From positions 32,350 through 96,349 of IMG/VR virus record IMGVR_UViG_3300028833_000109: 64,000 nt of DNA; one strand, given 5' to 3'. The position numbers were made by a program, and so were the translations under genes. Numbering within the stretch: position 1 is the first letter of the stretch; the number at the start of each line of letters is the position of its first letter. The notes below the pieces were generated by a model. The model had not been told where the DNA came from and ran no database searches. It worked only from the letters and a program-made list of their open reading frames with translations. The DNA comes from a virus (lineage: Duplodnaviria > Caudoviricetes). Of the stretch, positions 39,501-47,675 are shown piece after piece.

Positions 39501-40456
39501 CCGCCTACATCGCCATGCTGCTCAGTGGTGGCGGGCAGAAAAAGTCGATGTACGACTTCTATACGCAGAACTCGCAAGGCACCGGCTATCAGCAGGAATA
39601 CGACAACCTTGTCGAGCAACGCGAGAAATACCTTGAAATCCTCAAAGACCAGCAGAGCAAGAAGAAAAAGTCCAACGACGAGATTGAGGAAACCAAGGCG
39701 AAAATCGCAGAACTCGACGACCAGATCGCTTACTTCACGCAAGACCTCGCTAAAGAGTTGTGGAGTATCGACATCAAGGGTTGGGCAGACCAGTTGAGCG
39801 ACGCGCTCGCATCAGCCTTCGAGAACGGAGAGAACATGGCCAAAGCCTACCGTGACACCGTTACGCAAATCATCCAGCAGATGATGCAGAAGATGATGCA
39901 ACTCGCCATCCTTGAGCCGATGTTCGAGCGTTTGCAGAAGCAACTCTTCGGAGAGAACGGCAAGGGCGGCGTGTTCGACCCGAACAACCCCAGGGGCAGC
40001 ATGAGCAAGGTCACCACCATGATCGCTGACTTCTTCGGCAAGGGCGGTGAGGGCGAGAAGGCGATTACCGCTTCGATGGAGTTCATGACCGCTTTCCAGC
40101 GCGGTATGCAGAACGCGGGTCTGACCGTCCTCAACGAAGCCAGCAACACGCTTTCAAGCAGTATGCAGGGAACGACCGAGGAGACGAGCGGCCTGCTCGC
40201 GGGTTATGTCAACGCTCTGCGACAGGATGTTTCCGTCAACCGCATATTGCTCACCCAGTTCGTGTCGCAGATGTGGCCTGACTACATGGATGTGTTCGCA
40301 AGCCAAGTGACGGCTGTGCAGAACATCGACAACAATGTCCAGGTCATCATGACGATGATGCAGATGGGTAGCGGCGCGATGTACAACGAGATTGCCGCAT
40401 TGCGCTCACGCATCGACAACGTGGTGTTAGGTATCGACAAGTTCAGTATCAGGTAA
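33524..40456 (+). CDS. tail tape measure protein
   Basis: ~2310-aa helical protein; core tape-measure motif (AVQSPFGVVEL..KQLTAYG..RLADISAATG..GGMFYNM). Confidence 0.92.
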   Translation: MALDPLKFAVQITDEASDKLTAIKRNLDALQNKDIAINVSGNLGDFLNLFKEGVDASKFSNLKDAISNALSGVEGLNKAAKEGNFADYAAQIKLASDAVTALGSAISAVNNVVGTNEGFQKFMVSIGEVVTRVDAALKQLNETTTSGANASSSKSIEKAKYELYQFDNLVKQAEQTSRLGKQFGDVDTSKLDTAIQKAKEWRDELEQIAKTGQGKGGRGFDKFALQADYKQDIDQVKKLTAEQNTAEISLSRYNQTLKETNELQQRLLNATGRSLISGAGTTDGIGDAGNKIEEFKNRLKSLNEEDQKNSQIVNQLTAEFQRLKPSLTAAAKEQERLNSATEKANKKAANDAVKKQQRDNEKLTESMRVAGNEATALEIKIRKLKDTEAKSAAVGVDTSELKNYILMLERYANVMRNIQQGYNRANAGDILSGKTMFGTHTLPDVKKLADESERLTNEKRRAASATSQLTNEEQRLAQALNQTAESAKGQSQVLSDLKSMAMQYLGVWGGQQFLHNIIEIGGQLEMQRLSIGAILQNQSQANDLFEKIKGLAVQSPFGVVELDQMTKQLTAYGFKYSELFDMTKRLADISAATGTGVDRLALALGHVRSEAALSGYTLRQFSMGNVPLLQKLSEKLGKTTQEIRKMVRSKEISYEDVEGVIKDLTNEGGMFYNMQETISQSVKARFKNVKDAMDIMYGEMAESGMGDALKSIADALMEITKNWKDVATVIGTGAAMWAAHRVAVMAYTTTLGKTNAAVLASIASHNKQEASILSLASKYRVLTITEQERLAAARKNIVVDKLRLLLGKTTKAELAARDAATKRLFLSDIQLAMSEKKLTVEELARLVALGKVTKAEALQIITNLQLADSEKMVAANTIMGTKRLGTFKMGLLAVGGAAKTAALALKSLIFNPAMLGMAAITALIELWQRNNAEMERAKELGNAIFEASQEGLKNTRTMMENTGINAYQADTNSKGEMVLRNLTKSFGTEQESSRTFLVKPEFDSATAQQIIDEWSQYIRDYAGTPNRILNQALLDEAGNVRTLEEQFDHLFNSVQNVANAQKAIVDIADAIQSAQEETGSGWFNEDLVEDLADYDSALKKYNKSIVMAYHEHSRAVKKGIDAARKADATFAKNTAGMASYSEMLKELTENSKLYSSRAGKAFKEAAEENEGILSEIFSNKTDFHLGYEVEAEKEFKVFKDNLKIMLESLGQDVENLTPEMKQGLMSMFINKVLGQDKLGRMSKEAKDKFIKDFADFIGETVDDAEEITKKRLADWQKRAGDVFIVNQNIKVKTKTITSLHEFAEEVQKDLKEKQEYITKEASHIRQTLTIQTGIKFNMQKMDASELDKVIVQLAERVKKLAREGHVDAAKALLSVVQDELMPFRDVMKSIDEDKKWLKQEGYPEKDPTKDKSKNKKDTKKSYEDPVAKEWKERIRLLKDANQLYKEWNKRSGEDAALNRVREQYGDIFKKWRTDKNVPWTDFKAEDIIEYRKYVQKIVDEAQKRYDEQRNDKAKNYGKEAEAVLREGKKLLDDIDRYDFDEKAREFKTSFEKALDDMTRRWEIFTSVRNATGNKMLAFDMANIDKESRNLRNAADALKDKLADEMQRVGGNELLTKIPFSIDIDEEKLRDQFKAALGDSEKYATTIDGLVEAYKKWQKLQQDVVKNDIDVFAKLMGSVVSYSAQIRKINDELAQQKTAIANSGATEPQQRQMVEFAETQADWKKMKLSADYSNLYNKTIAMSRTEFERAADAVQKMIDKLRDLGAISPDEYLQEVDKLNKARMEWSTNGFLGERGAFGNFISGGNQGLMDYYQQRADAARRRADQLKETEFLPSAAQKNARAEAEHYEKLYKALRKVTDEAQDVVNALQTLQNGIGMLENLFDSLGMEGAANAMSDAGGILGGALQGASSLSALGPYGMAAGAAIGLVGGIAQVHDKALERHINKLREDIKGIEANTELIAKARERTLGYDMGDVRKQMAQQYAPSQQASGLPAYIAMLLSGGGQKKSMYDFYTQNSQGTGYQQEYDNLVEQREKYLEILKDQQSKKKKSNDEIEETKAKIAELDDQIAYFTQDLAKELWSIDIKGWADQLSDALASAFENGENMAKAYRDTVTQIIQQMMQKMMQLAILEPMFERLQKQLFGENGKGGVFDPNNPRGSMSKVTTMIADFFGKGGEGEKAITASMEFMTAFQRGMQNAGLTVLNEASNTLSSSMQGTTEETSGLLAGYVNALRQDVSVNRILLTQFVSQMWPDYMDVFASQVTAVQNIDNNVQVIMTMMQMGSGAMYNEIAALRSRIDNVVLGIDKFSIR

Positions 40457-40480
40457 ATCCATATCTTTCATAAAGCGGAA

Positions 40481-40510
40481 GCGGCGGCTACCCTCACGGG
40501 CGGTCGCCGC
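40481..40510. terminator. hairpin at a convergent gene junction
   Basis: gcggcggc-t-a-ccc tcac ggg-c-g-gtcgccgc. Confidence 0.5.
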
Positions 40511-40568
40511 TACTCAATTCACATGTTTAAAACATCCAATAGAAGAAAAGTAAGTAACAAATGAAAAG

Positions 40569-41081
40569 CTATTTCAGATAGTCGAACTCTTCCAGAATCC
40601 GCACCCCTTCAGATGCGGTGACAATCACGTCGGGCGAGTGTTTGATGACGGACACTTTCGCTCTCTCCGAAATCTTCACGTTTACGCACGAGCGCTCAAA
40701 CAGGTGGATAAGAATCAGTCCGTCACCCCTTGCGGTGATATGCGCCTTCGACAAGTCGCGCACACGGATGTTGCCGTAGTACCTGCCGCTGTATCGGTAG
40801 CGGATGTTCGACCCGCCGAGCACAAGGCTCTCCTGCACGTTGCACACGCTGTACTCGTCATCAACGAAAACGCCGTGTGAGCGAAGGAAATCCCTGCCGA
40901 AATTCTTCTTGATGAACTCGTTTGACGGCCAATGGTGCTGTAGGCAGAAATCTATGCCTTTGAACATCCTTTGCACAAGCTGTTCCTGCGAGAAGTTCCA
41001 CTTATCGTTGTAGAACTCATCGCACATGCCGAGAAACCTGCCCTCTTCGCGCAAAACGCTGTTCAATTCCTTCGTTGTCAT
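40569..41081 (-). CDS. hypothetical protein inserted antisense in the tail module
   Basis: ORF MTTKELNS..., with its own TAATTTTG promoter at 41088-41095. Confidence 0.65.
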   Translation of the reverse strand: MTTKELNSVLREEGRFLGMCDEFYNDKWNFSQEQLVQRMFKGIDFCLQHHWPSNEFIKKNFGRDFLRSHGVFVDDEYSVCNVQESLVLGGSNIRYRYSGRYYGNIRVRDLSKAHITARGDGLILIHLFERSCVNVKISERAKVSVIKHSPDVIVTASEGVRILEEFDYLK

Positions 41082-41087
41082 ATTCCG

Positions 41088-41178
41088 CAAAATTACTTGT
41101 TTGCGGTTGCTCATTTTGGAAACGTGTATTTACCACTTTGCATTTTCCAAACCCAAATATAGGTATTGTATAAATTTG
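41088..41178. promoter_or_regulatory. divergent -7 promoter elements
   Basis: TAATTTTG on minus at 41088-41095; TAAATTTG on plus at 41171-41178. Confidence 0.6.
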
Positions 41179-41196
41179 CACAATAAACAATTAACT

Positions 41197-41745
41197 ATGG
41201 CAAAAATATACAAGGCCTATATCCAGCAACTTTGGTTTGACGGGCTGACATACTCCAAAGGCAGTGTGGTTGACATCTTAGCCAGCTTCAATGTCGCCGT
41301 CATGGAGTTTCCCTTCAAGAGAAACCCCAAAGCGAAAGCCCTGCCGACCCGCGATTGGATCGGCACGGATGGCCTTGATGTGTACGTCCCTAACGGAAAC
41401 CTTCCCGTCAACTCATACGACTTGGAGGTTACCTTCCTCTACAAAGGAACGGAGAACACCATTAGGGAAGACTTGTCGAGATTCATTGATTTCATCTACG
41501 GAAGAATCCCAGGAAGGAACATCGACACCGTTAGAAGCGGACGGCTCGCCATCTATGACGAGCATGTAGGCATGGGAAGGAAAGATGTTGTCGTGTCCGA
41601 AGTGGACAACGAACTTTTCTACTGTTCCGAGTACGACAAGGACGCGGTTGCGAAGTTCAAGGTGAAGTTCACCGTGTATGACCCGACCACCGAACTAACG
41701 ATGTCGGTAACCAATGGGATTGTCGAGGATTTATCATGGGAGTGA
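41197..41745 (+). CDS. distal tail protein (Dit-like)
   Basis: RDW..DGLDVY...FKVKFTVYDP; follows the TMP. Confidence 0.65.
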   Translation: MAKIYKAYIQQLWFDGLTYSKGSVVDILASFNVAVMEFPFKRNPKAKALPTRDWIGTDGLDVYVPNGNLPVNSYDLEVTFLYKGTENTIREDLSRFIDFIYGRIPGRNIDTVRSGRLAIYDEHVGMGRKDVVVSEVDNELFYCSEYDKDAVAKFKVKFTVYDPTTELTMSVTNGIVEDLSWE

Positions 41746-44700
41746 TTGAGTTGGACATATACAGGACTGTGAACGGAGTCGAGACGCTTGTGGCGAAAGC
41801 CAACAAGTGGAAGTTCCAGGATGTCGTGATGGGCGAGCAGTTCATCACATGCACCATCACGTCCGAAACGCCAATTGACTGGGAAATAGGCGACCACTGC
41901 ACATTCAGGGGTCAGACCTATACGCTCAACTACATCCCTTCGGTAACGCAGAAAGCGCCGATTGATTCGGTTCTTGACGCGCTCACTTACGAGAATGTCA
42001 AACTCGACTCTTTCCAAGATGAACTCACCCGCTGCATGATGCTCGATGTCACACCGACGACACCTGAGTATCAGGCGGTGCTCGGCACGAACCACACCGG
42101 CAGCAGCCGCTTCCAGTTATACTGCGGCGAGACAACCGTCAACGGCTCAACACTCACTGCCGTATGCGCACTCGCACTGAAGATGCAGGCTAACCTTGAC
42201 AGGCTCTATCCGAACGCATGGCATATCCATGTTGACACGACAACCGCATACGTCAACGTGTCTGGAGAAACCGTGTTGGTCACGCACACCGACTCAAAAC
42301 TGCTGACGTTCGACAACCAGACCGTCGCGCAGGCGTTGGGTCTTGTGCATACCGAGTTCAAGTTGGACTACTGCATCAAGGGGCGCGACATCTACATCGG
42401 TTACTCCATTGACAGCATCGACCCGATCAACCCGATTGAGGACTTGACGGCAGACGACACCGAAGACCGATTCGTGTTCGGTTACGGCAGGGGTTATGCC
42501 AATGCCGACAACCAAGGCAAGAGCCTGTTCCAAATCAAGCAGATTGCCAACAGCCAGCAGAAAATCGTCACCCGCCTCCGTGCGCTCGGCTCAACGAAGA
42601 ACCTGCCGTACAACTACTACTTCAAGAAGTACGGTTTGCTTTCGCAGGCACTCTTCCCCGCCAACCTGCAACTGCCCTGCACGTTCCTTCCTTTGGGAGA
42701 GCCGAGTGATACCGCAGATGCCGAAGGTGGGACGAAGTGGTCGCAGAACAACGCGAGAAGCCAGTACTTGCGCAAAGTGCTTGGCGACACCAACGATTCT
42801 TACATCGACAAGAACGATGATGCCGAATCGTGCCTTGAGGGTATCCGTGAGGACTGCGCACGATGGGACGGCAGCAACGGCGACCTGCCCGAAATCTATC
42901 CGACTATCGAGGGCGTGACATTCGGCGAACTGCGTGACGCGCTTGTTCCCGACCAGACAGGTGCGACAGGCGACGGTGCTTACCAAGGCGATAATGTCCA
43001 GCCTAATGAAGAGCGTGTCGATTGTCTGCTCGCGGTAGGCTATACCGACAACGGAACGCTTATTGATGACACTAACATCGGTGACGGCATCATGCCTGAA
43101 AACGAGGTTGTTGACACGGGTACGCATTTCGCCATCGGCATAGGCCAGACAAAACTCACATACAACCCGAACAGCGGACATGGCGACTTCGAGGAAACCA
43201 GCCCGTTCCACTTTGAGGGAGCGGAGCAGACATTGTTCACGGTCAATGACGTGAAGCCTGGCGAATATTTCATGGCTCCGACAGGGCCTTCGTATTCGTG
43301 TGTGGCGTTCCGTTTCAGCGTTAACGGCGCTGATTCGGTTGACGTGGGTTTCGTTGTGAGGGTATGGCAAAAGACGGACAGCGGCCAGTCGCTGATTGCC
43401 GAGTGGTCATCACCGCTCTTGTCGGTAGTCGGTTCGTCTGACGAGAAAGAGTTGTTCCTTCCCGAAATCCCCGACCAGGCGACAACTGGTCAAGTGTCCA
43501 GTCTTGTTGTCACGGCACAGTCCGATGTCGTTGTGACCATCGCCCCCGTCATTTCCGATGTGTCCGCAAACGGGCAGATGGCGCTAACCTATATGGTCGG
43601 CAGGTCGCAGTCGGGCGAATACGACCCCGAATACAACTGGTCTGCCGTACAGGGTGATGTCGCTTCCAAGTACCCGTTCCATGTGTTCATCAAGGACATG
43701 GGTTTTGACTTGACCGCCACATTCAACGGAGAAACGCCCGTTATGGCGATGAAGAGCGGCATGTGCGTAGGCAGGGAGTTTGAGATCGGGGAAAACGTAC
43801 AGAGAGCCACCGTCAACGGAATACGCGGTTACCTGCTCACGCTCAATAGGGTAGAGGACAGCAACCTGCACATCTACTATCCCAACGAATACTACCAGTT
43901 ATCGGCTGGCGACTATTTCGTGCTGCTCAACATCAACATGCCAGACGCATACATCCGTGCGGCAGAGTTGAGGTTACTGAGAGCCGCAACCGAATACCTT
44001 GCCGACAACTGCGAGACCAAATATACCTACCAGCCTTCCATTGACGACATCTACCTGCAAAGGAACTATGACATCATGGAGGCGGCAGGAACGCGGGAAA
44101 AGAGCATTTTCTGGCGTTTGTACGCAGGTCTTAAATTCAGGTTCAACGGAATCCCGTCGAACGCGGGCGACCCGCTCCCGTTGGTCAGCATGACCATCGA
44201 GCAGGTTGCCATCACGATGGGAGAGGGGCTGACACCGAAGGTCGAACTGACATTGAACGACGATGTTCAGCAGACCACGTTGCAGAAACTCACCGTAGCC
44301 GTTGACAGGATTTACAACGGCAGTATCTTCGGCAGCGGGGGTGTCGGAACGAACATGGAGGCGGTCGTTGACATTTGCAGCAGGCTCTTCTTGTCGAAGA
44401 CGCACGACGACACCGCCAACGGCAGGATAACATTCAACAACTTCACCACATTCTTGTCGCTGATGAAAGCCAAAGGCGGCATCAATGTTGGTGATTTCCT
44501 GTCGGGATTCCTTGGCGCTGGTGCTCACATCGGAGCGGACGGAAGGTCTGAGTTTGAAGAAGTGACAGTCCGTGGCGCGTTAAGAGCCGCAGAGTTAATC
44601 TTCAACAAGATTTCAGCCGAGGAAGGCGAGGCTATCCGCTCCATCGGTCACGGCGAGATAGAGACCGTTGACGAGGAGAACTTCACCGCCACGCTGAAGC

Positions 44701-47669
44701 TCGAAGGCGACGAGTGGGCGACGATTGATGTCGATGACATCTGCCGTGGCCTGTACAACACCGTCAACAAGGAGTTCGACAACGCCACCGATGAAGGCGA
44801 GGATGCTAACGGATTCCGCTTAAAGGCAGGCTTCTTTGCATCGTATTTCCGCATCGAGGAGATTCTCACCAACTCAAAGGGCGTGTGCTCATTCCGCTAC
44901 TCCTTGCAGCCAGGAACAACCGAGCATCCGTGTCCATTGATGAAATTCGCCGTTTACGGCAATTTCAACCGCTATAACGAGGCCAGCAAGAAGGCGAGGC
45001 AGTCGAGCATGTACATCACCGCTATCGGCATCGCTCCCCGCCTGTTGTTCCTTGCCGGTGTCGATGACTGGCAGATCAAGCCGCAGAACATCAAGGTCGC
45101 TTTGGGCAACATTGAAGGTGTAGAGGTATGGGAGAACCGTGACGGAAACATCACCCTCAAGACCCTGCACGGCGATTCAGGCTTGTTCGTCGAGGACAAT
45201 ATCTACCTTGGTGGTATCATCAACCAATTCACCGCAGCCGACTGGCAGACCATACAGGACAAGTTAGGTCAAGGCATCAGTGCGCAGTTGTTGCGCGGTA
45301 GCGACAATATCGTCGTTGACGCATTAGGCAACATCGTCGGAGGTATCTATACCGAGTACGGCAGCGGCACGAACATCGTGCGCAGGTACAAGCTGCACAC
45401 CGGTGTGCTGGTCTATGACAGCGGCAAGGGCATCTACCTCACCGCACAGTCTGACCACACCCAGCCGTTAGGCGATAACGAGTACTACATCTACCACACT
45501 TGCGTAGGCTGCGAGGTGCTGAGAGACGGCAGCGACTACTATGTCGTAGGCATCAACAACACCTTCAACGGGTACGACGGCAGCGCATTGACCGAAGACC
45601 AGCTTGAACTCATGCGCAACACCGAGGAGTGTCTGGTCAACTTCGTCATCGTCACCAAGAACGGCTGGCGCACCATGATGACCTATTCCGTCAAGATTAC
45701 CCATCTTGACACCTCATACATCACGTTTGACCTGACCAACGAGAGCGACTCGTTCTCCTTCCGCACCCAAAACAGGCAATATGCGGGTTTGCCTATCACC
45801 ACCAAGCTGAAAGCGTATGCCAATGGCGAGGAGTTGCCCGACAGTGCCTATCTGTCATCATCCGTTGAGAGTGACGCTTTCACGGGCGAGATTACCGCTG
45901 CTACTGATGAGGACGCGAAGCAATGGGTAGGCAACGATGCTGCGCTCTATGGTCTGCAATGCGTTATCTCCAAGGCAGGCTTGTTCACGTTGAGGGTTAA
46001 TGGCCGTCAGCGCGACATCCCAGACAGCAAGTACTACTTCGACATTTCCTGCATCGTCAAGTATGCTGGCGTGTCTTACATGAGCCCCAAGAAGCGGTTT
46101 ACCGTTAGCGAGGCCACCGACACCACACTCTATAAACTCATGCTCTCTGCGAGTGCCGTTAATAAGGATGAAGGCACTTATACACCGAGTTCCATCGACG
46201 TGAGTGTGCAGATTTGGGACAACACCGGCAACAAGGTAGGCACACCCGCCACGACAGGAGAGAACATCGGTCAGGTAATGGTCAACGGTGTTGCTTTAGA
46301 GAACATATATGTGCGTTATCTCAAGCAAGACTATGTTCCGTCTTGGAATGCGGACACGCTCATGAGTAACTGGTTGTCCACCATGCCAAGTTTTTCGCAA
46401 GTGCCAACTTGCATGACCGTCATGGTTGTGGATATGGAAAACGAGAACAACCCCTCTATTCTCGACATCGAGACCGTCCCCATCACCGCCAAGGGTAGGG
46501 ACGGAGCGGGTCAGCCGTGGGTGGATGTATATCCCGAAACCGTTGTTATCGACTGCGACAGCGACGGCAACATCGCAACGCCCGTGACGATTAACATGAG
46601 TGCAAAACTCTATTATGGAGATACTTTGCAAGTCCTCAACCCAGCGAGTTGCGACATGTACATCTATGACCCGCAGAACCCGCAGTCCGCATCGCCCGAC
46701 AGTTTTAGCGCTGGCAATACCGTAGCCAACCGCAGTTTCACCTTCCAAGGCAACGGTTTCACGAGCAAAGAGATTAGGATTTTCCTCGCTAATGATGATG
46801 AAAACAACCCCCACACCGCATCAAAGACCGTGCAGGTCATTGCCAACAAACAAGGCACGAAGGGCGACACTGGCCGTGCGGGAGCGTCGTTGCGCTTCCG
46901 TGGCGAGTGGCAGGATGGTGTGTACTACGTTTGGGATGAGGTCTTCCGTGACTGCGTGAAGCATGAGGGTATGTACTGGTTTGTCGACGTCGATAGCGAC
47001 GGCACCGAGTTGCTTGGTGAGCCGACATCGGAAAACGAGAACTGGATGCAGGTGTCGAACTTGCAGATAGTCGCCACCGAGTTGCTGTTGGCCGAGAACG
47101 CAACCATCGACATGCTGTATAGCAACATCATCAAAATGCGTGACGCGGACGGCTTGCTGACCGCTACCATCAACGAGGATCAGCACGGAAGTTACCGCAT
47201 CTACTATCCAAGCGGCAATGTGATGATGGAGTTCTCCCATGAGGGTTACATCTACTATTTCAACGATGAGATAGTCAATGGTCAGCAGGTATTGTCTTGG
47301 AAAATCGGTCTTGGCGGCGACATCTCCAAGAACAACAGCGATGATTGGATACCCGCTGCATTGTTCAAGATTAACGATTACCCGACCGGAAATCCCATCA
47401 ACGCTTCCACGAGGTTTGAGCGTAACGTCAACTGCTGGCGGTTTGTCAGTGCCATTGGCGGTCAATTCGCTAACTACAACGGCAGGTATTACGCAGAAAA
47501 TACTGGGCATCCGACAACTGACGCATACATTGACGATGGTTATTATACCCCAAACATAATGCCAGTTCAAGATGTATCGTCAATGGGGAGCACCCGCTTC
47601 GGCATCACGCTCTACCACATTGTTGACGGAGAGATTGAATCTGCGACAACCATTTTTGACACTTACTAA
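41736..47669 (+). CDS. tail tip/baseplate hub protein with C-terminal fibre domains
   Basis: 1977 aa; IVTRLRALGSTKNLP hub motif; short collagen-like GxxGxxG near the C-terminus. Confidence 0.8.
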   Translation: MGVIELDIYRTVNGVETLVAKANKWKFQDVVMGEQFITCTITSETPIDWEIGDHCTFRGQTYTLNYIPSVTQKAPIDSVLDALTYENVKLDSFQDELTRCMMLDVTPTTPEYQAVLGTNHTGSSRFQLYCGETTVNGSTLTAVCALALKMQANLDRLYPNAWHIHVDTTTAYVNVSGETVLVTHTDSKLLTFDNQTVAQALGLVHTEFKLDYCIKGRDIYIGYSIDSIDPINPIEDLTADDTEDRFVFGYGRGYANADNQGKSLFQIKQIANSQQKIVTRLRALGSTKNLPYNYYFKKYGLLSQALFPANLQLPCTFLPLGEPSDTADAEGGTKWSQNNARSQYLRKVLGDTNDSYIDKNDDAESCLEGIREDCARWDGSNGDLPEIYPTIEGVTFGELRDALVPDQTGATGDGAYQGDNVQPNEERVDCLLAVGYTDNGTLIDDTNIGDGIMPENEVVDTGTHFAIGIGQTKLTYNPNSGHGDFEETSPFHFEGAEQTLFTVNDVKPGEYFMAPTGPSYSCVAFRFSVNGADSVDVGFVVRVWQKTDSGQSLIAEWSSPLLSVVGSSDEKELFLPEIPDQATTGQVSSLVVTAQSDVVVTIAPVISDVSANGQMALTYMVGRSQSGEYDPEYNWSAVQGDVASKYPFHVFIKDMGFDLTATFNGETPVMAMKSGMCVGREFEIGENVQRATVNGIRGYLLTLNRVEDSNLHIYYPNEYYQLSAGDYFVLLNINMPDAYIRAAELRLLRAATEYLADNCETKYTYQPSIDDIYLQRNYDIMEAAGTREKSIFWRLYAGLKFRFNGIPSNAGDPLPLVSMTIEQVAITMGEGLTPKVELTLNDDVQQTTLQKLTVAVDRIYNGSIFGSGGVGTNMEAVVDICSRLFLSKTHDDTANGRITFNNFTTFLSLMKAKGGINVGDFLSGFLGAGAHIGADGRSEFEEVTVRGALRAAELIFNKISAEEGEAIRSIGHGEIETVDEENFTATLKLEGDEWATIDVDDICRGLYNTVNKEFDNATDEGEDANGFRLKAGFFASYFRIEEILTNSKGVCSFRYSLQPGTTEHPCPLMKFAVYGNFNRYNEASKKARQSSMYITAIGIAPRLLFLAGVDDWQIKPQNIKVALGNIEGVEVWENRDGNITLKTLHGDSGLFVEDNIYLGGIINQFTAADWQTIQDKLGQGISAQLLRGSDNIVVDALGNIVGGIYTEYGSGTNIVRRYKLHTGVLVYDSGKGIYLTAQSDHTQPLGDNEYYIYHTCVGCEVLRDGSDYYVVGINNTFNGYDGSALTEDQLELMRNTEECLVNFVIVTKNGWRTMMTYSVKITHLDTSYITFDLTNESDSFSFRTQNRQYAGLPITTKLKAYANGEELPDSAYLSSSVESDAFTGEITAATDEDAKQWVGNDAALYGLQCVISKAGLFTLRVNGRQRDIPDSKYYFDISCIVKYAGVSYMSPKKRFTVSEATDTTLYKLMLSASAVNKDEGTYTPSSIDVSVQIWDNTGNKVGTPATTGENIGQVMVNGVALENIYVRYLKQDYVPSWNADTLMSNWLSTMPSFSQVPTCMTVMVVDMENENNPSILDIETVPITAKGRDGAGQPWVDVYPETVVIDCDSDGNIATPVTINMSAKLYYGDTLQVLNPASCDMYIYDPQNPQSASPDSFSAGNTVANRSFTFQGNGFTSKEIRIFLANDDENNPHTASKTVQVIANKQGTKGDTGRAGASLRFRGEWQDGVYYVWDEVFRDCVKHEGMYWFVDVDSDGTELLGEPTSENENWMQVSNLQIVATELLLAENATIDMLYSNIIKMRDADGLLTATINEDQHGSYRIYYPSGNVMMEFSHEGYIYYFNDEIVNGQQVLSWKIGLGGDISKNNSDDWIPAALFKINDYPTGNPINASTRFERNVNCWRFVSAIGGQFANYNGRYYAENTGHPTTDAYIDDGYYTPNIMPVQDVSSMGSTRFGITLYHIVDGEIESATTIFDTY

Positions 47670-47675
47670 AACGAT

